DNA from: Sporopachydermia quercuum
Taxonomy: Eukaryota
Reading direction: 5' to 3'
Assembly: GCA_001599295.1 (NCBI GenBank)
Contig: BCGN01000006.1
Location: forward strand, 992,001-1,056,000
DNA: 64,000 bases
The notes below the pieces were generated by a model. The model worked only from the letters and a program-made list of their open reading frames with translations. It was not told the origin of the DNA and ran no database searches. Numbering within the stretch: position 1 is the first letter of the stretch; every line of letters begins with the position of its first letter. The translations under genes and the position numbers were made by a program. Shown one piece after another: positions 1 through 12,155 of the stretch.

Positions 1-1082
1 CAATGTATGTTCAAGTATCTNGCTCGTATAAAGGAATCTACTCCTAAGACATGGTGATACTATAATACTGTAGTATATACAAACTTGACCTTAATTTTAT
101 GATATGGCCTAGAACAGTAGAGTCAATTCAAGACAGTAATGTAGTCCATGCCCACCATCTATCATCTAGGAAGCATTTCGCATCGTCCCCAGAGAACAAC
201 GCGGTACTATCAACAATTTCAGCCAATTAATGTACCGTAGAACTATTACTACTCTTGAACCAAATGCTCCTACAAAGAAGCATAGACCACTCTCGAAACC
301 AAAGCTGATCCTTTTGCTACCAGAGGCAACGAGGACAGAATCTCATCAGTTTAATTGGTTCTCATCCTTATCTAGAACTGTCTGTCGGGCTACAAGAAGA
401 ATATCACATGAGACCAGCGAAAGGTAAATAAACTCCTGATATCAATACGTATTGATGGTAGGAGTAACTCAGGATTCTTCGATAAGCTTATAGCATTATT
501 GTCGGATTATTTTCTCACACATAATTCATAAAAGTACAGCAATGGATTGTGTAAATAATCAAACAGTAAATTCATTAAGTATTACTATATCATTATTGGA
601 TCATAACATAATCATTATGACATAACGCCTGATATTTCACCCTTGTTCATTATCATTCTGGCAGTATTGATTTCCATTATTTCGCTATTGGCAGTATTCT
701 GAAAGGTTGAGAGACGGTAAAGTACTCTGATGGATCATTGATCATTTTGAATTCGATCTTATAGCCTGGAATCAGTATGCAAGAGATGGGTTTATTGTTT
801 TTGCTAGAGTTCTCATAGTCATNTTCTGTATATTTCTATGGCTGACAACCAAAGCAAACATAACATGGTAATTCAACAGTCGATGATTAAGTCCACTCAA
901 GGCACTCCACTCTGTGCATTCCAGTCCTCTCCAGCCTTCTTGCTTTCTATCTTACTTCTTGGATGATCCTTATGGATAAGGTTTTTGCTTGTTCTGAAGA
1001 TTTAGTCAACCATCACCATTAGCCAGCGCACATAANAAGCTAGAATCAATACATACCCACTCATCTAGACCTATTCTTCCGG

Positions 1083-3620
1083 CTAGATAGTGGAGAGCAT
1101 CCGACATCTTACAACATCGTTACTCCCAGGGTTCCCGGCGGCAAAATCTTCTATATACAGGGTCCCTTTACGATCTATCACATATAACCTTCTGCCATTA
1201 TTTCCAAACTGTAAAGCTGCTGCTTCACTCACTCTGGTAGCATTAGTTACAGCGTCTATAACTACCACTCTTTTCCTCTCATGATCCATATTGGGGCTAT
1301 GCATAAGGTAAACTTGGCCAGATCTATCCAGAAGGGCAACAGTATCTCCACGGGGAGAAACAGCTGCTCGATGGATTCCAGAGCCAACTTCGTCAACTCT
1401 CAGCATCATCGCTGGTTGGGCCACAGCTTGCACTCCTTGCGTGACAGATATCTTAGAATCGATTATAATAGGGGGTGAATTGAAAGCTACAGACGTGACT
1501 GCGATGTATCTGTTATTAGGGAAAACCTCCACACAGGTGATACCTTCTGACTCTAAGGATGTGTCTAGTGAACGTAGGGATTTCATTACCAACCGGGGTT
1601 CTTTAGGATTTCTAACAGAGATAACCATAAATCGATTCTCCAGCACCGTAGAACACGATAAAAGCCCATTATCAGGAGAAAACTTGAGAGTGTTTACTGG
1701 ATCTCTGTAAGGAAGAGTGATAGTCACTGGCTTTATATTCTGATTAGCATCACCAGTGGTAGACTTGGAGGAGCTGGAATTCAAGCTTTTCCTGCTGGAT
1801 TCTGCAGGATTCTGAGCTTGAGTCCGAGTCAGTAGTCTCAGATCATGTAGAACAATCAACGGCTGATCTTGCTTCACTTTCTTATGCCTCCCAGTAACAC
1901 CAATTGCAACTAGGCTGCTGTCGTTGGCTATTGCTACACATCTAATAGCAAATGACGAATAGTACGTATAAATACATTTGCCCTTATCGTTTAAATCAAA
2001 TATCCGTAAAACACCTTGCGTGCCCGATATAACTAGATATCTATTGCTCATAGCACAGAACAAATGCTGCCAGGAATCAAGTCTCGATTCCGATCGTTTT
2101 AAAACAGAGGATTTACCTGTAGAGCCCGAAAATACTGGCAGTTTACCTGATTCTAAAGCTGATGATAGAGATTCCCAGTCCATGCCTGTTTCGCCNGTCG
2201 ATTTCCCTACGGCACATAGAACTGGGCTGTCCGCAGGGTTTTTCTGTATTTTGAAGCATTCCCATTTTCTTTCTGATATTATGGCAAAGAAAGAACAGTC
2301 AGAAGAAATACAAGATCCAATAAATAGCCTTGACCGTTTGCCAAACATTGATTTATGCGTAGGGTGCTTATACTGACGTCTATAGTTAGGAAAGCATTTA
2401 GAGAAGTAAACCTCTTGTTGTTCTTCCTCTGCCGTGAGCATTAGAGGCTCTGCATTTGCAGTGGGATCTGGAGATACCGGGAGTTCCCAGCTGAGAATTG
2501 ACTCCTCATTCGATGAGATTTCTTTGTTTCTGCTGCCAGAACGTGTGCTTTTATTGGAATACTTTCGGCTGGTTTCAGATCTGCTTACTAGCTGTAGCGA
2601 GTTCATTATGTTTGACGATCCGTTGGAATCTCTGTCGCTGTTTCTACGTGATGAATGAAAATTACTTGCAGTAGAATCAAAGCTGGTACTGCCAGTTGGA
2701 ACCGAACTCTGGGTGTTATAATTAGATGCTACAGTAGTAGGGACATTATTAGTATTAGCATCTGTAGCTGTAGTGCCAGTATTGGTGCTAGTGGTACCAT
2801 TATTCGACGTTGAGCCTGCGGGTTGAATTGTTATGTCTGAACAGCTTGATTGCATTTCGGGGTTCTTTGCTAGCGTTCTGAACAGTTTCAGCAAGCCCAT
2901 TTTAGCTGGTGGCTCCGTATCATTGTTTGTTGTGATTAGTTGGCTTGATTTAGTGTTAATGGTTGTGGAGTTATTAGTGCCTGTTTGATAGTCAGAGCTT
3001 TCGGACGAACCCGGTAGGCCTGAGCTATATCCATGCAGTTTATCTGTTCCTACTGTTGATCCTGTGGGTGTTGCTGATACTGGCGGTAATGCTTTTCCTA
3101 TATNTGTTCCTGGTCTTTCTCTTGGCGATTCGGTTGCTTTGTCTAAACGAGATTTCAGGGTGGCTATTATTGATTTCTGTTTCTGAACTCTGCCATATAA
3201 TAACCGTAAAGGGATTACAGGACCAATCAGTGTTGAATCCTTTGAATGGCATACAGGACAGACTATCTTAATTCGATCTGAGTGAGTCCCAAACTCAAGC
3301 ATTTGGAGTGATTGAATCAGCGATTCAGAGACTAAACAGCCACAGCTAAGAATAGAAGCGTCAGAAGCCGTTTGGCTTACTGTCGAATCACTTGTTGTAA
3401 GTTTTAAGTCCTGTTCTAACAAATCTGTGCAATGGCTCCATAGCGATAACAGTTTAGCTGTTGATACACTGTTCTGATCAGTTAATTTTTCACNGTCGTC
3501 TTGAGAGTCCAATGGAGATACCTCATCTGGAGATTTACTGGGCGGACGGAGCTCAANTGGCGTTTGAAAGTCCAGCCTGCCTTTGTCAATATGACTCCTT
3601 AATGATTGGGCAAGCATCAT
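1083..3620 (-). CDS. PTR3: SPS amino-acid sensor component Ptr3 (C-terminal WD40-like propeller)
   Basis: 845-aa ORF with an N-terminal SCGCLVSE..CPVC motif, an S/T/N-rich linker, and C-terminal motifs TITLPYRDP, LDTSLESEGIT and TSVAFNSPPIIID typical of yeast Ptr3. Confidence 0.85.
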   Translation of the reverse strand: MMLAQSLRSHIDKGRLDFQTPXELRPPSKSPDEVSPLDSQDDXEKLTDQNSVSTAKLLSLWSHCTDLLEQDLKLTTSDSTVSQTASDASILSCGCLVSESLIQSLQMLEFGTHSDRIKIVCPVCHSKDSTLIGPVIPLRLLYGRVQKQKSIIATLKSRLDKATESPRERPGTXIGKALPPVSATPTGSTVGTDKLHGYSSGLPGSSESSDYQTGTNNSTTINTKSSQLITTNNDTEPPAKMGLLKLFRTLAKNPEMQSSCSDITIQPAGSTSNNGTTSTNTGTTATDANTNNVPTTVASNYNTQSSVPTGSTSFDSTASNFHSSRRNSDRDSNGSSNIMNSLQLVSRSETSRKYSNKSTRSGSRNKEISSNEESILSWELPVSPDPTANAEPLMLTAEEEQQEVYFSKCFPNYRRQYKHPTHKSMFGKRSRLFIGSCISSDCSFFAIISERKWECFKIQKNPADSPVLCAVGKSXGETGMDWESLSSALESGKLPVFSGSTGKSSVLKRSESRLDSWQHLFCAMSNRYLVISGTQGVLRIFDLNDKGKCIYTYYSSFAIRCVAIANDSSLVAIGVTGRHKKVKQDQPLIVLHDLRLLTRTQAQNPAESSRKSLNSSSSKSTTGDANQNIKPVTITLPYRDPVNTLKFSPDNGLLSCSTVLENRFMVISVRNPKEPRLVMKSLRSLDTSLESEGITCVEVFPNNRYIAVTSVAFNSPPIIIDSKISVTQGVQAVAQPAMMLRVDEVGSGIHRAAVSPRGDTVALLDRSGQVYLMHSPNMDHERKRVVVIDAVTNATRVSEAAALQFGNNGRRLYVIDRKGTLYIEDFAAGNPGSNDVVRCRMLSTI

Positions 3621-5594
3621 AGGATATACTACTAAAGAGTAGAATTCATTCCTTTTTGATAGTGAAAGCTTGCTATGATCTTAAGGGTATGGTTGACAGT
3701 GAAAAGAGCGATACGTATACAAAAAATGAGCAATAACTAACATATCAAATATACTGCATGTTTCTTGTGGTTTTGTCTGCTGGTTGATAATCAGTAGACA
3801 ATCAATAGCCTGTTGTTTGTTGTTGTAACTCCTATTGCATTTAGGAGTTGTTGTGATGAAGTAAGTAAGAACCACTGAATGTTACTCGTTGTATTCGGCT
3901 CAGCTTCATAATATATGTTAACACAGTCGATATAACTCTCCATGCTTCTTTTGCCTTCTATCGCGTATTTATTTCCTTACCGAATCATATTAATCATCTT
4001 TCCTCTTATCTGCTGTTTGAGTAGATGGGGAGAGATGTTCGCTCTCGGAAAGTCTGCTGAGTGAGTTTCTTGATAACCAAGCGAAGTTTAAGTTATTGTC
4101 TATTTGGTCTCGATGCTTTACAAGTACATGACTGTGCATGAGATAAGGACCCTGGGATGGATGAAGATTGAGAGAAAAGACATGAAAGAGTCGAGTTTTT
4201 AAAGAATATTACTGACTTTTGATACCAATTCTGTAGTTGTACTTATACAACAAGGGTAGAAGAATAAAATACAAGTTTTCAGCTTTTTCTAGATTTAACC
4301 TCTTTTTTTCTTCGTTGTTTTTATGAATAGTCTCGCTGATGCCAATTTCCACGTTTCCCAATCGGTACTGCATTTCTCCTGTATGAATATGCAAGTATAA
4401 GCCCCAGTTTACTTTATTCCTCTAAGGTGGGCACTTGTGTGGAGAAGATAATTCAATGAGGCAGTAAATGTCTTTGATTGCAGATATTCTTCGAAAAATA
4501 AACTGTTTAAAAATAAAAATACATTTGAAAATGGCTGGATGCGATTATCAGAAGCTGCCATATCCTTCCGAACTTTATGACTCTGATTCTATGTTATTCA
4601 ATCTCCATTGCAATTGCCTCCGTTTCTCTTAGTTGTGATAGATTGATTTGAGGGAAACTCAAATTGACAAAATCATGTGCATATGCAAACATGTTTAGTG
4701 CATACTTAGTGCTTTTGGTATTAGAAAGATAATGAACTAGGCAAGCTCTATGCAAGTTCCCTAATCTATGAAGAAAGCACATTGTCGAATCTTTTTTATT
4801 TTTTATTTTTATTTTTATTTTTTACATGAACTANTATTATTCAACAGATTCAAAACGAGAGAATTATATATACCTGAGATACGTCAGACAAAAGCTTGGT
4901 TAGAAAATCCTTACATCTCACTGCACCCCCAGCATTATTTGAATGAGACACATCGACAGAGAGTGAAAAATTGAAGATGCTCTTGGGTTCTTTTTCATCC
5001 TGCACTCAATTCCTCAGATATCATCTCCTAATGTGATGTTATCATAATACCATACTGCAAATATATAAGATTGGTGTTAATAATTATCAATAATAATAAA
5101 TACTCGACATATTCTTCCTCATTCTCTTCTCTATCCCGCTCAAACAGTACATAACCCCCATGGTTAATGATGAAATTTACCATGTCAAAGTAATTTTCAG
5201 CATCAACAACCACCACCAGGATCATCACCAAACGCACGCTGGTACCAGAAACCAACGAAGAAGCTTGCAAATTTCAATCATACCAACAATAAAACAGACA
5301 TTTAGTTACCTTACACTCTATTATTTTGTTTATTGAAACGATTACTAAAAATTCAATTTGAAACATTAATCACGGGAGGCAACTACTGTTATACTGATAA
5401 GCCAACCAGGACAGCAAGTTGTAGTAATAATTTGGTAATGGACACTTTTCATTGTTGATTGTTCATCGTCACCATTAGACACTGCACAAGTAAGATCGCT
5501 AGCCAATGCCACACATTGTAACGCATCAAAAAATCATAATCAATACGGAACGAGAAAACTACAAGGGAGTTTTCGCGGACATATAAAGAGTAAT

Positions 5595-7735
5595 ATGACG
5601 GAGCAGTTTATTGGATACACAGTCAGTGTAGATCTACACAATGGATCTTCGTTGAAAGGTATCATTGAGAAAGTAGCGAACAAGGACTTGACTCTTAGCA
5701 ATGGTAAGTAAAAAAGGCCGCATGGCATCANTCTCAGCAACTGAACAATCGATGTGTTTATTTCTAATCAAAACAAAATAAAATCTGAAGGAACAAATCT
5801 AACCATTTCACAGTATACGATATCACCACCAAACAAAATGTAGCGGGGAACGTTTTGATCAAAGGATCAGAAATTGGAGACATCTCTATTCTAGCGCTCC
5901 CTAGCAAGAAAGAGTCAAAACCAGAGCCAGAGCCAGAGAAAGAGCAAGAACCTAGCCAAGAGTTTGTCGATCCAGCAGTACTATCGATTAGATCTAAGCC
6001 AGAGGGAAGAAAAGAAGCAAGCACTGAGAAGGAAGTCAATGCACCAGCGGTCAGTTCAAGCAAGTCATTAGGATTAGGTTTTTCCGGCGAGAAGGTTCCT
6101 GGTATTTTCCACAAGAATCCTTCAGTGAAGCAACCTTCTAGCACCAGCAACAGCAAAACAGGCAAAAGTACCAGCAATTCCAACGCCAACAGCAATAAGC
6201 AAATGTTATACAATATATATACCAATAAGGATGAAACAACGCCCAACAACAACACAACTAACGGAGCATCCAATGCAAGTTCCAATGGAAATGCTAAAAG
6301 CAAAAAACAAAGAGACTACAACAACTCCAACGACTGGCAAGAAAAAAATATCGATTCCGAATTCGATTTCCAAGCAAATCTCAGCCTCTTTGATAAGAAA
6401 ACCGTGTTTGATGAAATAAGAGCAAGTGACTCAATTCCTTCCAGCCAAAGATTGGTGGCTGTCAACAAGAAAGAACAAACCCCAGATAGAAAGGGAACTC
6501 CCGCTAAACTCCAAGCTTTATTTGATTCTGTCCCCAGGAAACAAAACTACGCTCATAATGAAATGATTCTTCCTGTTTCAAAGCCAGGGAACACCAACAA
6601 TGGGTTTGACAGTTTATCTGACGAATGGAATACAGTTGATGCCCAAGGTAATTTCACTGGCAGTTCCAGCGAGAATAGAAACTTTAGGTCCTTTAACAAT
6701 GGAGACTCAACAAACAGCAAGAAACATAACTCCAAACAGAATCAACAACCAAAGGGAGCTCATAAGAATCAAAGAGCTGATAGTGCTGAGCCCCAGCAGA
6801 TAGAAAGAGTGTCATCACGTCAATTCTCTATTTCTACGACCCCCATAAATGGCCATAGACCTCCAGTGTTAATTTCATCTGCAGACAACGACGTCGTGCC
6901 TTACTGTACTCCTGTTCAAATACTAGAAATCGAAAGGTTGAGTACTACCAAGTATAGCTTACCTGAAGATATACTAGCAGAATATAGTGCTAGAGGAATA
7001 TTTTCCATTATTCTTAAGTCTTTGGGCGGATATGGAAGAATTGATAGTAAAAACCATAATAATCCTCCTCTGAGTGTTATTTTATGTGGTGATAACTCTT
7101 CTGGAGCCAAAGGTGTGATCTCTGGTAGATTATTGCTTAATAAGAACGTAAGAGTCATTTGCGTGCTGTTGAGCAATGAGACCGAAATAGAAAATGATGT
7201 TTTAAAGATGGAATTGAACGCTTTCAAGGCTTCTTCTGGTAAAGTAGTGTATAACTTGGAGCAATTGAATTCCTTGTTGTTTAAGCTTGATAGCCCAGTT
7301 GAGATCATTGTTGATGCAATCACCGGCTATAAAACATCACTTGAGGATTTATGGGGCTCTGACCTAGAAACTATTGCATCTCTGATCAATTGGGCAAACA
7401 AAAATAGAGCCTGTAAAATTAGTATTGATATTCCTGCTGGAGTTGATTCATCATCTGGAACATTGACCTATTTGAATGGTAAAGTGTTGATGATAGAAAG
7501 TGATATTGTTGTATCGGTTGGACTTCCCTTGATTGGTTTGGCTGGGAATTATACAGTACGTATCAATGAACAGAATGAAATCAGCTCTTTCAAACATTAT
7601 GTTGTTGATATGGGAATCCCTGAGAATCTCATTTATAAGGAAAAGAGTAATCTCCGGAAGTTTACACGTAACAATGTTGGAGGTGTGTTTGTTAACTGTG
7701 ACAATGTCATTTCACTATCCATCCAAAGTTCTTGA
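5595..7735 (+). CDS. EDC3: Enhancer of mRNA decapping Edc3 (LSm-FDF-YjeF_N); exons 5595-5703 and 5814-7735
   Basis: Exon 1 MTEQFIGYTVSVDLHNGSSLKGIIEKV (LSm domain) splices in frame into ORF 5855-7735, which has EFDFQANLSLFDKKTVF (FDF) and a YjeF_N domain (ILCGDN, IIVDAI, SIDIPAG). Confidence 0.92.
5704..5813 (+). other. Spliceosomal intron of EDC3 (110 nt, phase 1)
   Basis: GTAAGT donor, ATCTAAC branch, and CAG acceptor 10 nt after the branch motif. Removal joins G|TA and restores the frame. Confidence 0.88.
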
Positions 7736-9004
7736 GTGTTTGCTTTTGGATAATGCAGTGCAAAGGAAAGTACGCATCCAATAGAAATGCTACTGAATGC
7801 TAAGAAGATTCTCTTTTTAAAGGTGCAGAGTTTCGATTTATGACGGCTAGTCATAGATACTTGTTCCTCTATATCCTCTAAATCTGGCATTCGGCTGATA
7901 TTAAGAACGAATATAGATGTCAATCTCAGGGATACACTAGTGCCAATTGAAAGTGGGATCGATAGATGAGTTCTGGTAGTAGCTGTATGGATTGGTTTTG
8001 AAGAACGTGTTCATTTCGAAGCCATTCTTACGTTTCTCTATCGGATCAGCACGCTGTCTATAATATCATAATCAATTCGAACTGCATACGCTTTCTATGA
8101 AGCTAATAGGTATTGAAAGTGAATTCAATACCCTATGAGTAAATCACATTTATTGCAAGCCGGTTTTATTTCAGTATAAGCCATTTTTCTATTAATGAAA
8201 GATATCATTTCAACGCTTCTGAGACATTTCGTAGTACACTTATACCCATCAGACCACGTGATCTCAAGGGAGCTCCCATGGAGACCTGAAGCATGTCTCC
8301 CCACCTCTCCCCGTACACTCATCCACCGAACCTACAGCGTATCTCTATCTCATCTAAAATAGGCACCTCAAGTCTTATACATTTCTAGCTCAAATAATCT
8401 TTCCCAACTATACCTAACTGCAATTACTTGAGATATCTTCTTTCTTGCCTCTAACTATTTGATTCAGTCCTCATCATAATCTTTCCCATTCCTCAAACCC
8501 AAACCCTACCATCCATTTCTTCAGAACCCCCCATCTCCCTTTTTTTGATCTCCTATCTCCTATCTCCCTTCTCCCCCTCCCTCCCTCCTCACTCTAATCT
8601 CCAGAACTACCCACACGTTCAATCTTCTCCATGGTCTTCGGTTTTCCCTTTTGTCACAACCTGCNGTTTGAATTAGTTGATGACCTAAGTACGTAATGAA
8701 TGCCCCCAGCATAGCAATGTGTCGCACGATAAACACTGAAACAATACTTCAATGAACAAAATCCAACTATAAACACACATACAAAACTGTGAGTAGATAT
8801 ATTGGCAAATGAGAAGTCCAGTATTAGTAGTAAGAGTACAGTGATAGACCCTTATAAATAGCATCAACAAACAGCGGCTAGCTACTACATACCGTGTTTA
8901 TTACAACTACAAACAAACGGACATTGATAGTCGAATACATCTATCTTACAGGTAGCAAGAAACAGAGAAAAGAAGATTCCAAAGATAGCCGGATACGACT
9001 CAAA

Positions 9005-10705
9005 ATGGGAGCTATATGCAGTTGCTGTAGGAAGTCACCTCAATCAGGTCAATACGCGCCTTTACTAGCAGAAAACGAAAGAGAAGCTATTTCGGTGTTA
9101 CTACAGTTTCTAGAAAACCGCTCTAACGTTGATTTCTTCACCAATGGGCCTCCCCTTAGAGCGCTCACGACTTTGGTTTATTCTGATAATATCGATCTCC
9201 AGCGATCAGCAGCACTTGCTTTCTCGGAGATAACAGAGAAAGATGTGAGACCTGTCACGAGAGAGATTCTAGAACCAATTTTATTACTTTTGCAATCATC
9301 AGATACCGAGGTCCAAAGAGCGGCATGTGCAGCTCTTGGAAACTTGGCTGTTAGTAATGAGAACAAGGTGTTGATTATTGAGATGGGAGGCTTGGAACCT
9401 TTAATCAGACAAATGATGTCTCCCAATATTGAAGTCCAATGTAATGCTGTTGGATGTATCACTAACTTGGCCACTCATGATGATAATAAAGGTAAAATTG
9501 CTAAATCCGGGGCTTTAGGTCCATTGACAAAATTAGCCAAGTCTCGCGATATCAGAGTCCAGAGAAATGCTACTGGTGCTTTGCTTAATATGACACACTC
9601 AGGAGAGAATAGAGCAGAATTAGTCAAAGCTGGTGCGGTTCCTATCTTAGTAGCCTTACTAAGCTCACCAGACCCTGACGTACAATACTATTGCTCTACA
9701 GCATTATCTAATATAGCTGTTGATGAATCCAATAGAAGAAAACTTGCTCTTACGGAGCCGAAGCTGGTGAACCATTTGGTGAAACTAATGGACTCTCCTT
9801 CTGCTCGTATACAAGGCCAAGCTACACTAGCATTAAGAAATCTTGCTTCAGATCCCGAATATCAACTAGGTATTGTAAAAGCTAACGGGTTGCCTCGTTT
9901 ATTACGTCTTCTACAATCGGATGAAGTACCTTTAGTTCTCGCAGCAGTAGCATGTGTAAGAAACATCTCCATTCACCCCGAAAACGAAGCAGCCATTGTT
10001 GATGCTGGATTTTTACCTCCGTTAGTTGCTTTACTAGATAAAACAGATAACGAGGAAATTCAATGCCATGCTGTTTCTACATTGAGAAACTTAGTAGCGT
10101 CGGGCGATGGTACTAGATTGACTCTTATCTCTCCTGAAACCATATTGAAATGCAAAGAACTAGTACTACATGTTCCAGTGTCAGTGCAATCTGAAATCTC
10201 TGCATTTTTTGCCATTTTAGCTCTAACTGATCAACTGAAACCTACATTACTTCGACTAGGCATAATTGACGTGCTTATACCCCTTTCTATGTCAACTAAT
10301 ACTGAAGTGTGTGGGAACTCTGCTGCTGCTTTAGCTAACATCTGTTTACGAGTTGGCGATTCTCAACAATTGATTAAAAGCTGGGATCATCCTTTAGGAG
10401 GTCTCAGAGGTTTTATCATTAGATTCCTAGCATCCGGCAATCCAGTGTTTGAGCATATTGCTATCTGGACATTACTACAGCTTCTAGAGACTGAAGATGC
10501 TGTTTTGAAGGAGAACATTGTTCGATCAGAGGATATTGTCGCTGCTATTAATAGTGTTATGACTAAGATTGAACAGTTGATTAATGATGAAGATAAAGAT
10601 AGAAAGAAGAAGAAGACACCAGTTGAGGAAGATAACTATGCCAAGTCAGTAGATTTATACGGATTATGTCAAAAGATCATTCAGTACATGAAGAGCAGTC
10701 GATAG
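9005..10705 (+). CDS. VAC8: Vacuolar armadillo-repeat protein Vac8
   Basis: True start MGAICSCC (myristoyl/palmitoyl motif) at 9005; ARM repeats [27 protein letters not shown] and [15 protein letters not shown]. Confidence 0.96.
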   Translation: MGAICSCCRKSPQSGQYAPLLAENEREAISVLLQFLENRSNVDFFTNGPPLRALTTLVYSDNIDLQRSAALAFSEITEKDVRPVTREILEPILLLLQSSDTEVQRAACAALGNLAVSNENKVLIIEMGGLEPLIRQMMSPNIEVQCNAVGCITNLATHDDNKGKIAKSGALGPLTKLAKSRDIRVQRNATGALLNMTHSGENRAELVKAGAVPILVALLSSPDPDVQYYCSTALSNIAVDESNRRKLALTEPKLVNHLVKLMDSPSARIQGQATLALRNLASDPEYQLGIVKANGLPRLLRLLQSDEVPLVLAAVACVRNISIHPENEAAIVDAGFLPPLVALLDKTDNEEIQCHAVSTLRNLVASGDGTRLTLISPETILKCKELVLHVPVSVQSEISAFFAILALTDQLKPTLLRLGIIDVLIPLSMSTNTEVCGNSAAALANICLRVGDSQQLIKSWDHPLGGLRGFIIRFLASGNPVFEHIAIWTLLQLLETEDAVLKENIVRSEDIVAAINSVMTKIEQLINDEDKDRKKKKTPVEEDNYAKSVDLYGLCQKIIQYMKSSR

Positions 10706-11133
10706 GAGAGAGAGAGAGAGAAGTGTGGAATTGCAAAGAGTAACAGTGGGAAGAATGTAGAAGCATTGTTACTAGCTAGGTAATATGAAGTAAGGAATTT
10801 CATGCTTGTGTCCGTTTATTGCTGTGTGCTGTGTTGTTTATATCAACTAGAGTGTCGTCGGTATTCGTAGCTGAATAGTTGGTTATGTAGTAGATAGCTC
10901 GTGATTATTGTGTATACGTTGCGCTGTGATGCAACAGCAACGTCTCCTATACTTCTTGGTTGATTTGATGATTGCTGTTTGATAGTTGTCATTGGTATGT
11001 TGTGTTTATTAAGTATCTTAGTTATTGGCGTCAGATTTTAAATATAATTATAATAAATCAAATCAGATCAAACTTGTTTATTTAAATTATGTACATTTTA
11101 CAGATATTAGTGTTGTTCGACTCTAGCTACTTC

Positions 11134-11160
11134 TGTGAGTTGTGAGTTGTGAGTTGTGAG
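11134..11160 (+). repeat. Short tandem repeat (TGTGAGT) x ~4
   Basis: tgtgagttgtgagttgtgagttgtgag read directly. Confidence 0.8.
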
Positions 11161-12155
11161 GGTCATGCAGAATTATAAAACAAGGAACAAAGCAGGACCG
11201 AGCAAGAATCAAGAAACATCTAAGCAGGAACCAATCAAACAATGAACGTTTTCCCACCTCCTGCACTTGGTTCGTTATTCAGTGCAATACTTTCAGACTG
11301 CAAATGAAAGGTATTAATTACATAATCTATTCTGGAGACAAAGGATGTTTAAGTAGTATAAGTAGTATACGGCAAGAGGGAGCGGTGATCTGTAGACAGT
11401 TGAACAAAGAAACATATTTCATGCTGTCTATTTACAAATTACATAAGGCAATAGGTAAAAGAAAAAGCTTTAAAAAAGCCTGCAGAGGATTTTGGGGACC
11501 ATCTCAGATTATCAACTAAGCGCTCTTATGCAATTGAGTTCTCCTTTATGTTTCTTGACATTTTTATGTTTCTGACGTCTTCTGATGTTCACCCGGTAGC
11601 CCCACAACTAAGAGCTGCACTGACTATAGATGATACTCACACTCAATACACACTCAATACTTAGGATACATCTACATGCATACTTATATCTTTGTTTATC
11701 TTTAATTATTTTATTTTCAAATTATACATCATTGTAATACACCAATTATAAGGCCTGTAAGTGTAAAGCATCTGAATATAATTACTCTACTTGTTAATAT
11801 CAAACTGCAAAAACTTAAGTATACCGTCACCAGCATCACCACATTTGTTCTTGATAGAGGAAAGAAAGATATAATTGTATACGAGGATTTGCTATTTGCT
11901 GTTATTTATGTGCAATGAGAAGTCACTGATTTGAGTGTTCTTTCAACTCATATATCACCTGNTGTAAATATATTGACTCTCTGTTCATGCAGAAAAATAC
12001 ATATTATCTCGGCCTTTTTTTGTTTCTATAACATCTCTGTTCGCATTACTGATATAATTCATATAATTCTCGTCCATACCTTTATTTGAATACTTCTAAA
12101 TATGTGGCTGCTTGTAGGGGCTGGCTGTACGAGGCCCCTATAAAGCCTCTCATAG

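Noticed and set aside
1..57. Possible 3' end of an upstream gene (QCMFKYLARIKESTPKTW*)
   Set aside because: Too short to recognise without the previous window.
8894..9004. N-terminal extensions from GTG/TTG starts in the ORF track (VAC8, DUR1,2, DYS1, EMI1, UBP16)
   Set aside because: These are artefacts of bacterial-style start codons. Vac8 needs Gly2 for myristoylation, and the DUR1,2 extension spans a branch point and acceptor.
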